From Frankiaceae bacterium (GTDB lineage Bacteria > Actinomycetota > Actinomycetes > JAFAQI01), in contig JAVEEH010000001.1 in NCBI GenBank assembly GCA_030840545.1, forward strand, positions 1 to 32,849: DNA of 32,849 bases, in the 5' to 3' direction. Both the position numbers and the translations under genes were made by a program. This document shows, in pieces, positions 18,035 to 26,210 of the stretch. The notes under the pieces were generated by a model. It ran no database searches and was not told the origin of the DNA. It saw only the letters and a program-made list of their open reading frames with translations. The stretch's first letter is position 1; each line of letters opens with the position of its first letter.

Positions 18035-19483
18035 GAAGGGTGGGTCGTCGGGCGGCGGGTCCGGTCTCGGCGGTGGCGGATCCGGTCGGTCGGTCGCGGT
18101 CTCGCGGATGGTGTCCCCGGTGTCAGCGCCGCTCGGGCTGTAGGTCGCGGCCCGCTGCCGGTAGGTGAAGCCCAGCGGCGTCGTCCAGACCGTCTCGCCG
18201 GTCGCTGGGTCGACCCGCCGGTAGCGGTAACCCTCATGGGTCTTGCGGTTGTGGTGCCGGCGGCACATCAGGCCGCAGTTGGCACACGACGTCGCGCCGC
18301 CACCGGCGTAGTCATCGCAGTGCTCGCTGTCGCACCAGATCGCATTGCGGCAGCAGCCCGGGTAGCGACAGGTCACATCACGCGCCGCAACCAGACCGCG
18401 CATGTGGTCGTCCGGCCGGTAGCGAGTGCGCGCGTAGTCGAGCAGCACACCGGTCACCGGCTCGTAGACGAGCCGCCGCAAGGTCGTGCCCTCTTCGTCG
18501 AGCATCGCGCGGACCGACTCGGCCGCAACAGGTCCATAGCCGGCCAGCTCGGCGGGATTGTCACGCAGCCCGAGCAGCGATGCCCAGTCGATCGTGACCT
18601 GCACCTCGGTGCGCCTTCGTGACCGCACCTTGCCCGTCCCGGCGGCGGGCACGGGCTCACCGAAGAGCGCGTCCAGGAATGCGTCGACCTGCCGCATGCC
18701 GTGCGTGCGTTGGTCGTCCGGCGTCTTGAGCCGGTCCGCCCTGACGTTGAGGGCTTCGATCGTCGCGACCCCGTCTGTTGCCGGCATCCGAACTGCGACC
18801 GTGCACATGCCGTCGGGCTCGGGAAGGAGGCGGACACCCGCGGTGCGCTTCGCCTGGGTTTCGCGCTCCGTGTCGACATCGAGAGCGGCCACCGCCTGCC
18901 GGACGATGCGCCGAAACGCCGACACCGTCGTCGTGCTCGCCCGGTCGGCGACCGAGCCGTCGACGAGCTGCGCCTGCTCGACCGTCAACGCGGCCGTCAG
19001 CTGCTCGATCGCCCGCGCGTGCTCCAGGCTGACATCTCCGGCGTCGAGCAGCTTGAAAGTCAGCGGCAGCGCCTCGATCAGGCGGCGGGCGAACGCGAGC
19101 TGGTAGGCCATCGAACCGTCGGTACGACGCAACACGCCGGCCAGCTCACCGTCGATGACATCGGGGTTCGCGTAGGGGCCGGCAGCACCGGGCAACGTCG
19201 CTCGCACCTGCGCCGACATGGCCCGCGCCGCGACCGCCGATCGTTGCCGGTCCCAAGCAGCGGCGTAGAGCATGCGCTCCTTCGGCGACATCGGCTCGTG
19301 CTCCATCGCCTCGAGCGCGACCTGGGTGTCCGAGGACGGGACCTGCTCGAGCAGCCACTCCAGCCGCTCGGTCATGGGACCGCACAGCCACCCGAGGTGC
19401 TCGGGCATCGGCGGCAGCCCACCCTCCGAGCCCGGCCGATCACCTTCGAACATGTGTTCGAGTATATCTACGACCGCCGCCAT
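18032..19483 (-). CDS. DUF222 domain protein with C-terminal HNH endonuclease motif (REP13E12-like family)
   Basis: C-terminus: CRYPGCCRNAIWCDSEHCDDYAGGGATSCANCGLMCRRHHNRKTHEGY, then a Pro-rich tail. The N-terminal two-thirds are typical DUF222. The start is uncertain: TTG 19489 (track), ATG 19483 or ATG 19453 (see promoter feature). Confidence 0.85.
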   Translation of the reverse strand: MAAVVDILEHMFEGDRPGSEGGLPPMPEHLGWLCGPMTERLEWLLEQVPSSDTQVALEAMEHEPMSPKERMLYAAAWDRQRSAVAARAMSAQVRATLPGAAGPYANPDVIDGELAGVLRRTDGSMAYQLAFARRLIEALPLTFKLLDAGDVSLEHARAIEQLTAALTVEQAQLVDGSVADRASTTTVSAFRRIVRQAVAALDVDTERETQAKRTAGVRLLPEPDGMCTVAVRMPATDGVATIEALNVRADRLKTPDDQRTHGMRQVDAFLDALFGEPVPAAGTGKVRSRRRTEVQVTIDWASLLGLRDNPAELAGYGPVAAESVRAMLDEEGTTLRRLVYEPVTGVLLDYARTRYRPDDHMRGLVAARDVTCRYPGCCRNAIWCDSEHCDDYAGGGATSCANCGLMCRRHHNRKTHEGYRYRRVDPATGETVWTTPLGFTYRQRAATYSPSGADTGDTIRETATDRPDPPPPRPDPPPDDPPF

Positions 19484-19489
19484 TGACAA
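19461..19489 (-). promoter_or_regulatory. Near-consensus sigma-70/SigA-type promoter TTGTCA-17 nt-TATACT, positioned to give a leaderless transcript starting at ATG 19453
   Basis: The minus strand reads TTGTCA (19489-19484), atggcggcggtcgtaga (17 nt), TATACT (19466-19461), cgaacac, ATG (19453-19451). It sits in an unusually AT-rich patch and lies inside the maximal ORF. Confidence 0.4.
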
Positions 19490-19540
19490 GAGCAGAATGC
19501 GTTTATTTCCAACGAATGTGGCCCACCACCGGCCGCGCCC

Positions 19541-22231
19541 TCAGCCCGTGTTCTGCAACCCCGCAGCCACTCCGTTGACCGTCAGCAGCAACAGCTCGCG
19601 CAGTCGCGCCTCCTCCGCCTCGTCCAGTCCCCCGGCGCGCAGCGCGGACAGCGCGCGCAGCTGAAGGTGCGACAAGGCGTCGACGTAGGGGTTGCGCAGG
19701 TCGACCGCGGCACCGAGCACCCGACGTCGCTCCAGCAGCCGTGACTGCCCGAGCACCTCGAGCACCAACGAGCACGACAGGTCGAGCTCGGCGAGGATGC
19801 GCGCCGTGATGTCGGGCCGGCCGCCCAGGGCGAGATAGTGCTCCGCCACCGATCGGTCGGTTTTGGCGAGACTCATCTCGGCGTTGTCGACGAGCGCCGT
19901 GAACAAAGGCCACTCCCGGTAGGCCGCCCGCAACACCTCGACATCACCGACGGCGGCGAAACCACTGCCGAGCCCATACCAGCCGGTCAGGTTGCAGCGC
20001 GTCTGCGACCACGCGAACACCCACGGAATCGCGCGCAGATCGGCCAGTGACCGCGGGCCTGTCTCCCCGCCGGGGCGACGCGCCGGGCGCGACCCCAACG
20101 CAAGGTCGGACAGCTCCTCCAACGGGCTGACCTGCGCGAAGTAGTCGGCGAAACCCTCGGTCTGCACAAGGGCGCGATAGGCCGCTCTCGACGCCTCTTC
20201 CATCGTCCGCCCGAGATCGGCGAACTGTGCGGCGGCTCCCGCGTTGCGCTTCTCGACCGCATCCGTGCCCGCCATCAGCACCGCCGACGTCACCTGCTCG
20301 AGATGACGCGCCGCGATCCTGCGGTTGCCATAGCGGGCGAAGACGACCTCACCCTGCTCGGTCACCTTGAAGCGATGGTTCACCGAACGTGGTGGCTGCG
20401 CGAGGATCGCGCGGTTGACCGGCCCGCCGCCGCGACCGAGCGAGCCGCCTCGGCCATGGAACAACGTCAACCGCAGGTCGTTGGCCGCTGCCCACTCGGC
20501 GAGCGCGGCTTGGGCGTCATAGAGCAACAGCGTTGCCGACAAAGGTCCGACATCCTTGGCCGAGTCGGAGTAGCCGAGCATCACCTCGAGCCGGCGATCG
20601 TTGTGCTCGATCGCCGCGCGTGCACCCGGCAGTGCCAACCATTCCTCGAGAATGGCCGTGCTCCGGCGCAGGTCCTCGCCGGTCTCGAACAGCGGTACGA
20701 CGTCGAGCCGGCACTCCCGGTCACCCAGCGCCGCCCGTGCGAGCGCAGGCACGGCCGCAAGGTCCGCGGCAGACGAGCAGAAGCTGACGACGTAACGCGA
20801 GCACGACCGCTCGCCCCACCGCTCCTGCAGCACGGCCATGACCCGCAACGTCGCGAGCACCTCGGCCGTCATGTCATCGGAGGGCGTCGGGGGTGCGGGC
20901 CATCCGTCGGTCGCCAGCCGGTCGAGCGCCGCCGCATCCGGTAGAGCGTCGCCGCCCGACAGGTCGGCCAGCGCTGCCGCGTGCACGGAGCTGTGCTGTC
21001 GCACCTCGAGCTCGGCCAGATGGAATCCGAACGTCTCCACCTGCCAGATCAGATGTTGCAGCTCACCCCACGCGGCCCGCGGCGCACCCGACGCAGCGAG
21101 CGAGTCCTGCACGAGACGCAGGTCGGTGAGCAGCTGCGCCGGGCCGGCGTATCCGAGGTCGGCGTTGCGCTGCCGGGTCGCCGCCACCCGATCGGCCGCG
21201 AACACCAGCTTCTGCCGGTGCGGCTGCTGATCTGCCGACCGCGCCAGGACCGACATGGCTTCCGGATGCGTGAGCCGGTCGTGCCCGAGGGCAGCGGTGA
21301 GCGCGTCACTCGGCGGAGCGAGGTCCTCCGCGAGGCTCAAGGTCCGGCCGATGCGGCGCGCGGCGTTCTCGAGAGCGCGCAGCGCATGGTCGGCCTGGAT
21401 CTCGACGGTCTCCCGGGTGATGTCCGCAGTCACGTGCGGGTTGCCGTCCCGGTCTCCTCCGACCCAGCTCCCGACCCGCAGGTAGGCCGGCACCGCCGAC
21501 GGACCCGAGCCCGACGCGTCGCCGACCAACGCCGCATCGGTCGCCCGATAGAGCGTCGGCGCGAGCCGGAAGAGGGTCTCGTCGAAGATCGCCATCATCG
21601 TGCGGACCTCGTCGAGCGGCCCGAGCCGGCGCGACCGCAGCAGACCGGTCCGCCACAGGATGGTGATCTCCTCGAGCAGCCGCCGGCGCGCATCCGCCTG
21701 CTCACTCGCTCCCGCCCTCGGGTCGTCATAGCGGTCGAGCTCGACAGCAATCCGCGACAGCGCCGTCACCACCGCGCGGCGGCGGGCCTCGGTCGGGTGC
21801 GCCGTGAGCACCGGATGGATTTCGAGCTCGGACAGCGCGGCGGCAACGCCGTCCGCACCGACCCCGGCAACGGCGGCAGCCAGCGAGTCGGCGGTCGGCG
21901 GCGCATCGGCAAGGTCGCGCGACCGCAGCACCCGCACCCGGTGCCGCTCCTCCGCAAGGTTGACGAGATGGAACAGCACCGCGAATGCGCGCGCGACCTG
22001 CTCGGCCTGCTCGACGGACAGCTCGTCGACGATGCGACGCGGCTCCTCCGGGTCACCGTCCCGGCGCGCGTCACGTGCCGCCCGCCGCAGCCGTTCGACG
22101 TCGACGTAGAGCTGGTCACCGCCGGTCTCGGCCACCACCTCGCCGAGGAGGGCTCCGAGCAGGCGCACGTCGTCGCGCAGGGGCGCGAACGTGTCCGCGT
22201 CTTCGTCGCGCGCCGTCCGGTTGCTCACCAT
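19541..22231 (-). CDS. ppc: Phosphoenolpyruvate carboxylase
   Basis: 896 aa. Contains VLTAHPTE, VMLGYSDSAKDVG, LFHGRGGSLGRGGGP, FAWSQTRCNLTGWYG and the canonical C-terminal ...GLQNTG. Confidence 0.95.
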   Translation of the reverse strand: MVSNRTARDEDADTFAPLRDDVRLLGALLGEVVAETGGDQLYVDVERLRRAARDARRDGDPEEPRRIVDELSVEQAEQVARAFAVLFHLVNLAEERHRVRVLRSRDLADAPPTADSLAAAVAGVGADGVAAALSELEIHPVLTAHPTEARRRAVVTALSRIAVELDRYDDPRAGASEQADARRRLLEEITILWRTGLLRSRRLGPLDEVRTMMAIFDETLFRLAPTLYRATDAALVGDASGSGPSAVPAYLRVGSWVGGDRDGNPHVTADITRETVEIQADHALRALENAARRIGRTLSLAEDLAPPSDALTAALGHDRLTHPEAMSVLARSADQQPHRQKLVFAADRVAATRQRNADLGYAGPAQLLTDLRLVQDSLAASGAPRAAWGELQHLIWQVETFGFHLAELEVRQHSSVHAAALADLSGGDALPDAAALDRLATDGWPAPPTPSDDMTAEVLATLRVMAVLQERWGERSCSRYVVSFCSSAADLAAVPALARAALGDRECRLDVVPLFETGEDLRRSTAILEEWLALPGARAAIEHNDRRLEVMLGYSDSAKDVGPLSATLLLYDAQAALAEWAAANDLRLTLFHGRGGSLGRGGGPVNRAILAQPPRSVNHRFKVTEQGEVVFARYGNRRIAARHLEQVTSAVLMAGTDAVEKRNAGAAAQFADLGRTMEEASRAAYRALVQTEGFADYFAQVSPLEELSDLALGSRPARRPGGETGPRSLADLRAIPWVFAWSQTRCNLTGWYGLGSGFAAVGDVEVLRAAYREWPLFTALVDNAEMSLAKTDRSVAEHYLALGGRPDITARILAELDLSCSLVLEVLGQSRLLERRRVLGAAVDLRNPYVDALSHLQLRALSALRAGGLDEAEEARLRELLLLTVNGVAAGLQNTG

Positions 22232-22253
22232 CGAGGGCGAGCCTACGGAAGCC

Positions 22254-23804
22254 TCAGGCCGGCGGTCCCGGCGCGGCTTGCGCGTCGACGTTCGGCCGGA
22301 CCTTGATGAGCAGCAGCGCTGCGCCCAGCCCCACGATCATGAAGATCGAGCCGACGAGGAAGGCTGCATCGGCCCCGTGCGTGAACACCTGGGCGGCGAG
22401 CACGGGGCCCTGCTCGGTCGCCTTGTGGCCGTTGAAATAGCTGCTGCTGGCGTGGCTCGCGACCGTCACCAGAGAGGCGAGACCAATGGTGCCCCCGACC
22501 TGCTGGCCGACGTTGAGCATCGCGGACGCGATGCCCGTGTCCTGCCGGTCGATCTCGGCCACGGCGGCGAGGGTGATGGGCACGAAGATCGAGCCCATGC
22601 CGATGGCGATCAGCACGATCGACGGGAGGACGTGCCCGACGTACGACGAGTCGACCGTCAACCGGGACAGGTTGTAGAGGCCGAGCCCGCCGAACACGGT
22701 GCCGCCGGCGATGAGCAGCTTGGGCTCGATGCGCGGCATGATCCGGCTCACCACCTGGGCGACGACGATGATCGTGGCGCTCACCGGCAGGAACGCGAGC
22801 CCGGCCCTGACGGGGCTGAAGTGCATCACGTTCTGCACATACTGCGTGAGGAAGTAGAACATCGCGAACACGGCGGCACCGATGATGAGCATCACGACGT
22901 AGGCGCCGACCCGGGTGCGGTTGACGAAGATGCGCAGCGGCATCAGCGGCTGCGCGCTGCGCGACTGCATGAACACGAAGGTCACGAGCAAGACGACAGC
23001 GGCGACGAACGAGCCGAGCGTGGTGACGTTGCTCCAGCCATTGGTCGCCGCGTGGATGAAGCCATAGACCAGGGCGGCCATGCCGAGAGTCGAGGTGACC
23101 GCGTCGGTGAGAGCGAAGCGACCGCTGGCGCGGGTCGACTCGGCGAGCACGAAAGGTGTCGCGATCGCGATGCCGACACCGATCGGCGCGTTGACGAACA
23201 GCACCCACCGCCAGGAGAGGTAGTCGGTCAGCACGCCGCCGAGGATCAGGCCGATCGCCGCGCCGGCCCCGGACACGGCGGCATAGACGCCGAACGCGCG
23301 GTTGCGGTCCGGCCCCTCCTTGAACGTGGTCGTCACGAGCGACAAAGCCGTCGGTGATGCGATGGCACCACCGACACCCTGCAGCGCCCGCATCGCGAGC
23401 AGCCAGCCCTTGTCCCATGCGAAGCCGCCGGCGAGGCTGGCCAGCGCGAAGATCAGCACGCCGATCATGAACATGCGGCGGCGGCCGAACAGGTCACCGG
23501 CGCGGCCGCCGAGCAGCAGCAGCCCACCGAAGACCAACGTGTAGGCGTTGAGCACCCAGGACAGCTGGGCGAAGCCCGAGAAGTGCAGAGCTGTCCGGAT
23601 GTGCGGCAAGGCGATGTTCACGATCGTGGCATCGAGGACGACCATCAGCTGGGCGCTGGCAATGACCAGCAGGGCGAGGTTGGGATGCACGTCGGCGCGA
23701 TGCTCCGCGTGGGAGGCGTCGGCGCCGGGCGTGGTCGCTGTGGTCAAGGCGATGCTCCGATCGGGTCCGTTCTCCTGAGACGCGTGACCGACGTTAGACG
23801 ACAA
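22254..23804 (-). CDS. MFS transporter, DHA2 (EmrB/QacA-like, 14-TMS) drug:H+ antiporter family
   Basis: LMVVLDATIVNIALPHI, GRAGDLFGRRRMF and about 14 hydrophobic segments. The start is uncertain. TTG 23747 (LTTATTPG..., preceded by GGAGC) would widen the divergent intergenic region from 16 to 73 nt. Confidence 0.88.
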   Translation of the reverse strand: MSSNVGHASQENGPDRSIALTTATTPGADASHAEHRADVHPNLALLVIASAQLMVVLDATIVNIALPHIRTALHFSGFAQLSWVLNAYTLVFGGLLLLGGRAGDLFGRRRMFMIGVLIFALASLAGGFAWDKGWLLAMRALQGVGGAIASPTALSLVTTTFKEGPDRNRAFGVYAAVSGAGAAIGLILGGVLTDYLSWRWVLFVNAPIGVGIAIATPFVLAESTRASGRFALTDAVTSTLGMAALVYGFIHAATNGWSNVTTLGSFVAAVVLLVTFVFMQSRSAQPLMPLRIFVNRTRVGAYVVMLIIGAAVFAMFYFLTQYVQNVMHFSPVRAGLAFLPVSATIIVVAQVVSRIMPRIEPKLLIAGGTVFGGLGLYNLSRLTVDSSYVGHVLPSIVLIAIGMGSIFVPITLAAVAEIDRQDTGIASAMLNVGQQVGGTIGLASLVTVASHASSSYFNGHKATEQGPVLAAQVFTHGADAAFLVGSIFMIVGLGAALLLIKVRPNVDAQAAPGPPA

Positions 23805-23820
23805 GTTCTACGGTGGGCCG

Positions 23821-24228
23821 ATGACAACCGCCGGCTACAGCAGCACACCGCTGCACCGCAAGCTCGGCATCAAGCGCGACTCCCGGGTCCTGCTCACCGC
23901 GGCGCCGCCCGGCTTCGGGATGGACGGGTCGCCGGCTGACGCCGTCGTGCACACCCGCGCGGCCAGCTCGGCGTACGACGGCATTGTGGCCTTCTGCCCG
24001 GACCGCAAGCGGCTCGAGCGACGGTTCACCGGGCTCATCCCGCGCATGACCACGGCGGGGGCCCTCTGGATCGCCTGGCCGAAGAGATCGAGCGGTGTCG
24101 AGACAGACATCGACGAGAACGTGGTGCGAGAGGTCGGTCTCGGGGAAGGTCTCGTCGACGTGAAGGTCATCGCGATCGACGACATCTGGTCCGGGCTGAA
24201 GTTCGTCCGGCGCCTGCGCGACCGGTGA
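23821..24228 (+). CDS. DUF3052 domain protein
   Basis: 135 aa. MTTAGYSSTPLHRKLGIKRDSRVLL...ALWIAWPKRSSGVETDI...DVKVIAIDDIWSGLKF matches my memory of the DUF3052 family. Confidence 0.75.
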   Translation: MTTAGYSSTPLHRKLGIKRDSRVLLTAAPPGFGMDGSPADAVVHTRAASSAYDGIVAFCPDRKRLERRFTGLIPRMTTAGALWIAWPKRSSGVETDIDENVVREVGLGEGLVDVKVIAIDDIWSGLKFVRRLRDR

Positions 24229-25736
24229 CGGACCCGGCCACCGACTGGCTGCTGCCCGCGGCCGAGCGACCGCGCACAGCCGGCAACCAGGTGACGCCGC
24301 TGGTCCACGGCGCGACCTACTTCCGCCGGCTGCGCGAGGTCGTCGAGCAGACCGACACCGGTGACCGGATCTACTTCACCGACTGGCGGGGCGATCCGGA
24401 TGAACGGCTGACCGACACCGGCCCGACCGTCGCCGAGCTGTTGTGTGCCGCCGCCGGACGCGGGGTCGAGGTGCGCGGGCTGCTCTGGCGGTCGCACAGC
24501 GACAAGACGAGCTTCAGCGCGCAGGAGAACGAGCAGCTGGGAGTGCAGCTCAACGAGGCGGGTGGCGAGGCGTTGCTCGACCAGCGCGTCCGCCGGGGTG
24601 GCTCCCACCACCAGAAGCTTGTCGTCGTCAGGCACCGCGACCGGCCGTCAGAGGACGTCGCTTTCGTCGGCGGGATCGACCTCTGCCACGGTCGGCGCGA
24701 CGACGAGCGTCACCTCGGCGACCCGCAGCAGCAGCCGATGGACAAGCGCTACGGCCGGCAGGCGCCGTGGCACGACGCCATGGTCGAGATCCACGGACCT
24801 GGCGTGTGCGACGTGCTCGAGACCTTCGTCGAACGCTGGAACGACCCCACCCCGCTGGACCACCGCAACCCTTACCGCCGGTTGTTGCAGAAGGCAGCGC
24901 GAATGCCGCGGCATCCGGAGCCGCTGCCGACACCCTTCGATGCGCCGCCCGACAGCGGGCCGCACACGATCCAGGTCCTGCGCACCTATTGCGCGAAACG
25001 GCCGCCCTTCCCGTTCGCACCGGGCGGCGAGCGCACGATCGCCCGGGCCTACGAGCGCGCGTTCGCGCAGGCCCGCTCGCTGGTCTATGTCGAGGACCAG
25101 TACCTGTGGTCCGAGCTCGTCGCCGGCGCGCTGGCCAAAGCGCTGCGACGGGAGCCACGGCTGCAGGTGGTCGTCGTCGTACCTCGCTTTCCGGACCAGG
25201 ACGGCGCGGTGTCGGGGCCCCCCAACCGGTTGGGCCAGCTGCGCGCGATCGCCGCTCTGCGAGCCGCGGGTGGTGACCGGGTGGGCGTCTATGACCTCGT
25301 CAACGATGTCGGGACGCCGATCTATGTGCACGCCAAGGTCTGCGTCGTCGACGACATCTGGATGACGTGCGGGTCCGACAACTTCAACCGCCGGTCCTGG
25401 ACGCATGACTCAGAGATCACCTGCGCAGTCCTCGACGCCACCCGGGACGAACGCGCGCCCACAGATCCCGGCGGCCGCGGGCTCGGTGCCCGGGTGCTGC
25501 CCCGCGAGCTGCGCCTCACGCTGTGGTCGGAGCACCTCGGGGTGCCGGCGGACGATCCGCGGCTGCTCGACCCGGCCGACGGTCAGGCGCTGTGGCGATC
25601 CGGCGCCGGCCGCGCCCGGCCGCACGAGCCGGCCCCGGTGTCCGCTCTCCAACGTGGGTGGGCCGACCCGCTCTACCGTTTGGCCTACGACCCGGACGGC
25701 CGACCGCTGGTTCGCCGGATTCGTGGGGGTTTCTGA
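24225..25736 (+). CDS. Phospholipase D superfamily protein with two HKD motifs, of the eukaryotic PLD-like type; no signal peptide
   Basis: IYFTDWRGDPDERL, GGSHHQKLVVV...AFVGGIDLCHGRRDDERH (HKD-1 in a plant/yeast PLD-like context), PWHDAMVEIHGPGVCDVLETFVERWND, YVHAKVCVVDDIWMTCGSDNFNRRS (HKD-2). GTGA overlap with DUF3052 at 24225-24228. Confidence 0.88.
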   Translation: MTDPATDWLLPAAERPRTAGNQVTPLVHGATYFRRLREVVEQTDTGDRIYFTDWRGDPDERLTDTGPTVAELLCAAAGRGVEVRGLLWRSHSDKTSFSAQENEQLGVQLNEAGGEALLDQRVRRGGSHHQKLVVVRHRDRPSEDVAFVGGIDLCHGRRDDERHLGDPQQQPMDKRYGRQAPWHDAMVEIHGPGVCDVLETFVERWNDPTPLDHRNPYRRLLQKAARMPRHPEPLPTPFDAPPDSGPHTIQVLRTYCAKRPPFPFAPGGERTIARAYERAFAQARSLVYVEDQYLWSELVAGALAKALRREPRLQVVVVVPRFPDQDGAVSGPPNRLGQLRAIAALRAAGGDRVGVYDLVNDVGTPIYVHAKVCVVDDIWMTCGSDNFNRRSWTHDSEITCAVLDATRDERAPTDPGGRGLGARVLPRELRLTLWSEHLGVPADDPRLLDPADGQALWRSGAGRARPHEPAPVSALQRGWADPLYRLAYDPDGRPLVRRIRGGF

Positions 25737-25783
25737 GCGCGTCGCTGCTCAAATCCGCGGTCCTGGCGGCCGATCATGGTCAC

Positions 25784-26206
25784 GTGACCGCCGAGCTGAA
25801 CTCCTCCGTCGAGCTGACCCGCGTCATCCGGCCGGCCGCGGTCGTCCCCGAGTCGGCGGCCGCTCGCATCGTGGCCGAGCTCGGCGAGCGGGACGTGAGC
25901 AACGGCGGCGTGTGGAACGCGAGCCCGACGGTGTGGCAGCGCTACAGCGCGCCGTGGGACGGTCCGGGGGCGACCCGGGGGGCGGCCGTGCTCATCGGCA
26001 CCGTGGCCGTCGCCTACGGCACTCCCCTGCGCCACCACATCACCGTCTACCGGGTCACGATCACCGAGGCAGGTGCTGCCCAGGGGTGGACCGTCGACCA
26101 GCTGTGCGACGAGGCGCTCGGCTACGGCGGGCTAACGCTGGCGGAGTGCCCCCGCGCCGAGCTGGCGGCTCCGCCGGTGCCTGACCCGTTCCATCTGAAA
26201 CGCTGA
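25784..26206 (+). CDS. Hypothetical 140-aa protein (no family recognised)
   Basis: Strong G/C bias at third codon positions in this frame. GTG 25784 is the first plausible start after the PLD stop at 25736. The upstream part of track ORF 25523..26206 is an out-of-frame reading of the PLD 3' end. No Shine-Dalgarno motif is visible. Confidence 0.55.
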   Translation: MTAELNSSVELTRVIRPAAVVPESAAARIVAELGERDVSNGGVWNASPTVWQRYSAPWDGPGATRGAAVLIGTVAVAYGTPLRHHITVYRVTITEAGAAQGWTVDQLCDEALGYGGLTLAECPRAELAAPPVPDPFHLKR

Positions 26207-26210
26207 GGGT

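Noticed and set aside
19483-19511. Consensus TTGACA on the plus strand at 19483-19488
   Set aside because: No acceptable -10 hexamer lies 16-18 nt downstream (atttcc, tttcca, ttccaa), and there is no plus-strand gene to drive. It would only be antisense to ppc.
20981-23357. Plus-strand ORFs 20981..22306 (441 aa) and 22191..23357 (388 aa)
   Set aside because: Antisense shadows of ppc and the MFS transporter respectively.
23748-23820. Imperfect dyad (ACGTTAGAC...GTTCTACGGT) between the MFS transporter and DUF3052 genes as a repressor operator
   Set aside because: The arms match only if an indel is allowed, and no TetR/MarR-type regulator is encoded nearby. The evidence is too weak to call.
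24225-25736. PLD-superfamily protein as a nuclease-type anti-phage defence effector
   Set aside because: The HKD motif context matches lipid-hydrolysing eukaryotic-type PLDs rather than Nuc/BfiI-like nucleases. No companion defence genes (helicase, methylase, ATPase, SIR2/TIR) are present. I report it only as an unusual PLD paired with DUF3052.
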